Assembly (NCBI RefSeq): GCF_000281045.1
Contig: NW_008246082.1
Location: 129,279 to 193,278, forward strand
From: Saprolegnia diclina VS20
Lineage: Eukaryota
Length of the DNA stretch: 64,000 nt
Direction: 5' to 3'
This document shows, piece after piece, positions 61,279-64,000 of the stretch. A program made the translations under genes and the position numbers. The notes under the pieces were generated by a model. The model saw nothing but the letters and a program-made list of their open reading frames with translations. It made no database searches and was not told where the DNA came from. Each line of letters begins with the position of its first letter. The stretch's first letter is position 1.

Positions 61279-62262
61279 TCATTTCGGTGTCGTTGGACTC
61301 GCAGTGTGAAGGAGATCCACGATGCGATAGTCGTCCTTGAAGCGGGGAAGCGCGGGGTACCGGTCCGGGTGCAGGAGGTGCGCGAGGATCTCGAGGCCGT
61401 CCACAAGCGCCGGCGAAGCGCCGCTAAAGAGGCGGTTCGCATCAAAGATAAAGACGCGGCCGGACTGCACAGCAGGAATGTCTTGAAACCCCTTCTTGGA
61501 CGGCAGCAGCGCGAAGCTTTCCTTGATGCTCCGCGCCAAGTCAAAGCCGCAGGGCATGATCACAAGGGCTTCGGCGCCCGCGTCGGCCACGTGGCTCCAG
61601 TCGATCGCGACCGAAAACGTCTCGGGTGCTGCGAGCGGGTCGTAGCCGCCCGCAAGCGTCACAAGCTCGGGCATCCAATGGCCAGCATTGTAGATTGGAT
61701 CGAGCCACTCGACGCACACGGTCTTGAGTGGATGGCAGCCGTCGAGGGCAGAGACGACGGCGTCGACGCGACCCTTCATACTGGCGACCATGGCCTGGCC
61801 GCGGCCTGCGACGCCGCACGCTGTGGCGATGGCCATGACGTCCTTGTACAAGCCTTGGAGCCCGCGCGCAGTCAAGTAGACGATCTTGGTCCGGACACCA
61901 AGCTTTTCGAGGACGGGCAGGACGTTGGCCGGCCCAATTGCGCATACCTCGCACAGATCTTGGAGCAAGACAATGTCTACGTCGCCCAGAAGCGCCTCGT
62001 TGATCTCGTACAGCGGCGTGCCAGAAGTAGCGCTGTCACTCACGAGCTGGTCAATGGCCCCGGACGAGTGCGTCGCCGAGTCAAAGACGCACCGAATGAC
62101 CTTGGGCTTGGCCAGCGCCTCTTTGGGAAACTACGCATCCGTGAGTGCGTGCGAGAAGTGGTGACGTACTTGGCACTCGAAGGTGACGCACGAGAGGAGG
62201 TCGGCGAGCCCGAGCTCGTAGCAGATCGTTGTCCCCGCTGGCAAAAACGACGCGATCTTCAT
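61279..62262 (-). CDS. BtuF-like cobalamin/iron-siderophore substrate-binding protein (bacterial type, no signal peptide)
   Basis: MKIASFLPAGTTICYELGL..VTFECQ|FP, QDLCEVCA, EWLDPIYNAGHWMPELVTLAGG, IMPCGFDL and LVDGLEILAHLLHP. One GT-AG intron at about 62131-62169. Confidence 0.88.
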
Positions 62263-62271
62263 CGTTCGACG

Positions 62272-62286
62272 AAAATGCAAAGTGGC
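62272..62286 (-). promoter_or_regulatory. Oomycete Inr+FPR-like core promoter element (CCACTTTGCATTTT)
   Basis: Matches the YCAYTYY-NNN-WTTY consensus, about 10-24 nt upstream of the BtuF-like ATG. Confidence 0.55.
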
Positions 62287-62294
62287 AAAACGAA

Positions 62295-62367
62295 TATCAA
62301 CTACCGGGTTTGAACCGGTGACCTTCTCGGTGTAAACGAGACGTGATAACCACTACACCAAGCTGAT
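62295..62367 (-). tRNA. tRNA-Val(TAC)
   Basis: 73-nt cloverleaf: acceptor ATCAGCT/AGTTGAT, D arm GTGTAGTGGTTATCAC, anticodon arm TCTCG-TTTACAC-CGAGA, T arm ACCGG-TTCAAAC-CCGGT, discriminator A. TTTT terminator 4 nt downstream. Confidence 0.95.
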
Positions 62368-62855
62368 ATCTGACGCCTTGTCCAAATTGTGAGATATTAA
62401 ATAGTTTTATTTTGTATTTAATTGCGTTTAGTGAGCTTTGGATGAAAGGAATTATGAGCAGCCTACCTTCTTCTAGTCATATTGGATGTTGTGAAGCCAT
62501 GCTGCCGTCACCATGTCTGCGACTGGTATAATGTATACCAGACTGAAAGTGAAGAGGTTGCGCCTCGAAAACAAGTGACTAAATCCACGCAACCATACCA
62601 TGCCCTGTCGCTCTGCTCGGCGACCATCGTGCATGCATGGGAGCCCACGATGACCACAGCAGACGTCCGACGTGATGCAATCGAGCGATCTTCAATGTGC
62701 ACGTGTCTATGGCTCCATGGGGGCGACACCGCTTGCTTGCGTCGACGCGGAGCTGGTCGATACGACCAATTGGGTGTTTTTAGTTACCTATCTGATATTC
62801 CCAGCTCGTGTTCTTCATGACCCAATTGTGATTTCGCCACGGAGGAGGTCAGACG

Positions 62856-63338
62856 ATGCTCTCTCGCGTGAGTCGTCGCGTCCTCGCCCGCGCGGTGCGC
62901 CCCGCGCTTGTGACCAGCGTCGACGTCGATCCAATCGAGGGTACGCTGGCGACGCCGCTCCGCCTCTTTGCCTTCCGGCATAACGCCATCGTGCAAAAGC
63001 CGCCAGAACTGCACGCCGACGGCCCACTCGAGCGCCTCCAAGCGCTTCGCATCCAGCTCCACCGCGCCTTTTGCGACGAACAGCTCCAAGACACGATCGC
63101 GCACGCGTCCGACCTCTCGAGCGATGGCCTAGTCGCTCTTTTGGAGCCCGAGGTGGCGTTGCCGGCCGGCGAAGTCCGGCAGGCGTACGAGTTTGACCGG
63201 AGCGCCGGCATCCCAAACTCGAGCTTTGCGCAGTTGGGCCAGCACCTGTACACTGCAACCAACGAGGCGGCGCTTCGCAGCGAGTGGCAGCACGACGCGC
63301 GCGCCTTCCACGCCGTCGCCATCACGTGTGCGTGTTAG
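62856..63338 (+). CDS. Hypothetical protein with a mitochondrial presequence-like N-terminus
   Basis: MLSRVSRRVLARAVRP is an Arg-rich amphipathic start. 160-codon ORF with coding-like bias; may have a further short 3' exon. Confidence 0.6.
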   Translation: MLSRVSRRVLARAVRPALVTSVDVDPIEGTLATPLRLFAFRHNAIVQKPPELHADGPLERLQALRIQLHRAFCDEQLQDTIAHASDLSSDGLVALLEPEVALPAGEVRQAYEFDRSAGIPNSSFAQLGQHLYTATNEAALRSEWQHDARAFHAVAITCAC

Positions 63339-63426
63339 GAGGTGTGTATAATGTACTTCAATAGTGACGCTATGATCAAACGCACGCATCTCTACACTGT
63401 CCTCTAGCCTCGATCATCCGATTGTG

Positions 63427-64000
63427 CTAGCCCAACAGCTCCTTCTTCCACTTGGCCACGAGTGCTTGGGACGCGTTGGCCACGTGCTCGGACGGATGCT
63501 TTCGCAGCTTGTTGATGCTCCGCCCGAGGCCCGTGGCCTTGAGCGTCTCGACCGTCAGCCGCATCGTGTTGAGCGCCGTGAGCATATCCAGCGCCACAAA
63601 CTCGTCGAGCGCCTTCATGTCGGTTGTCGCTTCCAAAAGCGCAAGAATGCGCGACAAGTCGGCGCCCTACACACCATCAGCGTCGCTACGTCAAGCGTCC
63701 AGCGTATCCGCGAGCGTACGAGCAGTGGCGTGGCGGCTTCGACGGTCGCGGCTTTTGCCAGCACTTCCCGAACACTCGCCTTCATGCGGCTGCGCTTGAG
63801 ATCCGACTCTAAATGCTCGGCGCTCGCTACGCGCTGCACAGGACCGTATGAGATACCATGGACGCGGCGAGAGATGGCACGTACGCGCTCGTGCTCGGTG
63901 GCCGCGAGGCGCTCGAGGTGCTGCAAAATCGACGCGTCGGCAAGCGCTGGCGCATACCCATTGAAGCGCGGCTCCGAGAGCGTGAAGAGCGCAGCCGCGG
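63427..64000 (-). CDS. Partial gene with a C-terminal TFIIS N-terminal (Med26/LW) domain
   Basis: LTALNTMRLTVETLKATGLGRSINKLRKH...SQALVAKWK. The 5' end runs off the window. Confidence 0.85.

Noticed and set aside
19318..62262. Bacterial contamination suggested by bacterial-like AspRS, METH, DeoC and BtuF
   Set aside because: AspRS, DeoC and the BtuF-like gene have spliceosomal introns. All four share the codon style of, and are interleaved with, eukaryote-specific genes.

Overview
Eukaryotic, GC-rich, gene-dense DNA with many short (about 40-90 nt) GT-AG introns. It is most consistent with an oomycete of the Saprolegnia type: chitin synthase, IFT57, PSTALRE CDK, and Inr/FPR-like and CCAAT promoter elements. 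The ORF track ignores introns and uses bacterial start codons, so I rebuilt the gene models by eye. I find about 30 protein genes. Recognisable ones are a nucleoredoxin-like protein with a ZZ finger, DSC3-like, complex I B9/NDUFA3-like, importin alpha, ATAD3, RPL31, mitochondrial AspRS, B12-dependent methionine synthase, FUN14, IFT57, deoxyribose-phosphate aldolase, a TPR-SGNH protein, two tandem COX5C/COX6C-like microproteins, UFD2, chitin synthase, CDK, RPN6, PA28, a BtuF-like protein and a TFIIS-N domain protein. There is also one tRNA-Val(TAC), a 340-N gap, a decayed tandem duplication with an internal inversion, and a 21-bp minisatellite. Best leads: (1) a BED-type zinc finger fused within one exon to deoxyribose-phosphate aldolase; (2) a recurrent palindromic promoter motif TATCCGGATA upstream of about 9 genes; (3) two 45-aa cytochrome c oxidase-like paralogs absent from the ORF track; (4) a bacterial-type cobalamin-binding protein gene with an intron, sitting directly behind a tRNA and in the same window as METH; (5) a PA28 whose insert has moved and looks like a beta-hairpin. 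All family calls come from motif recognition only; no database searches were run.
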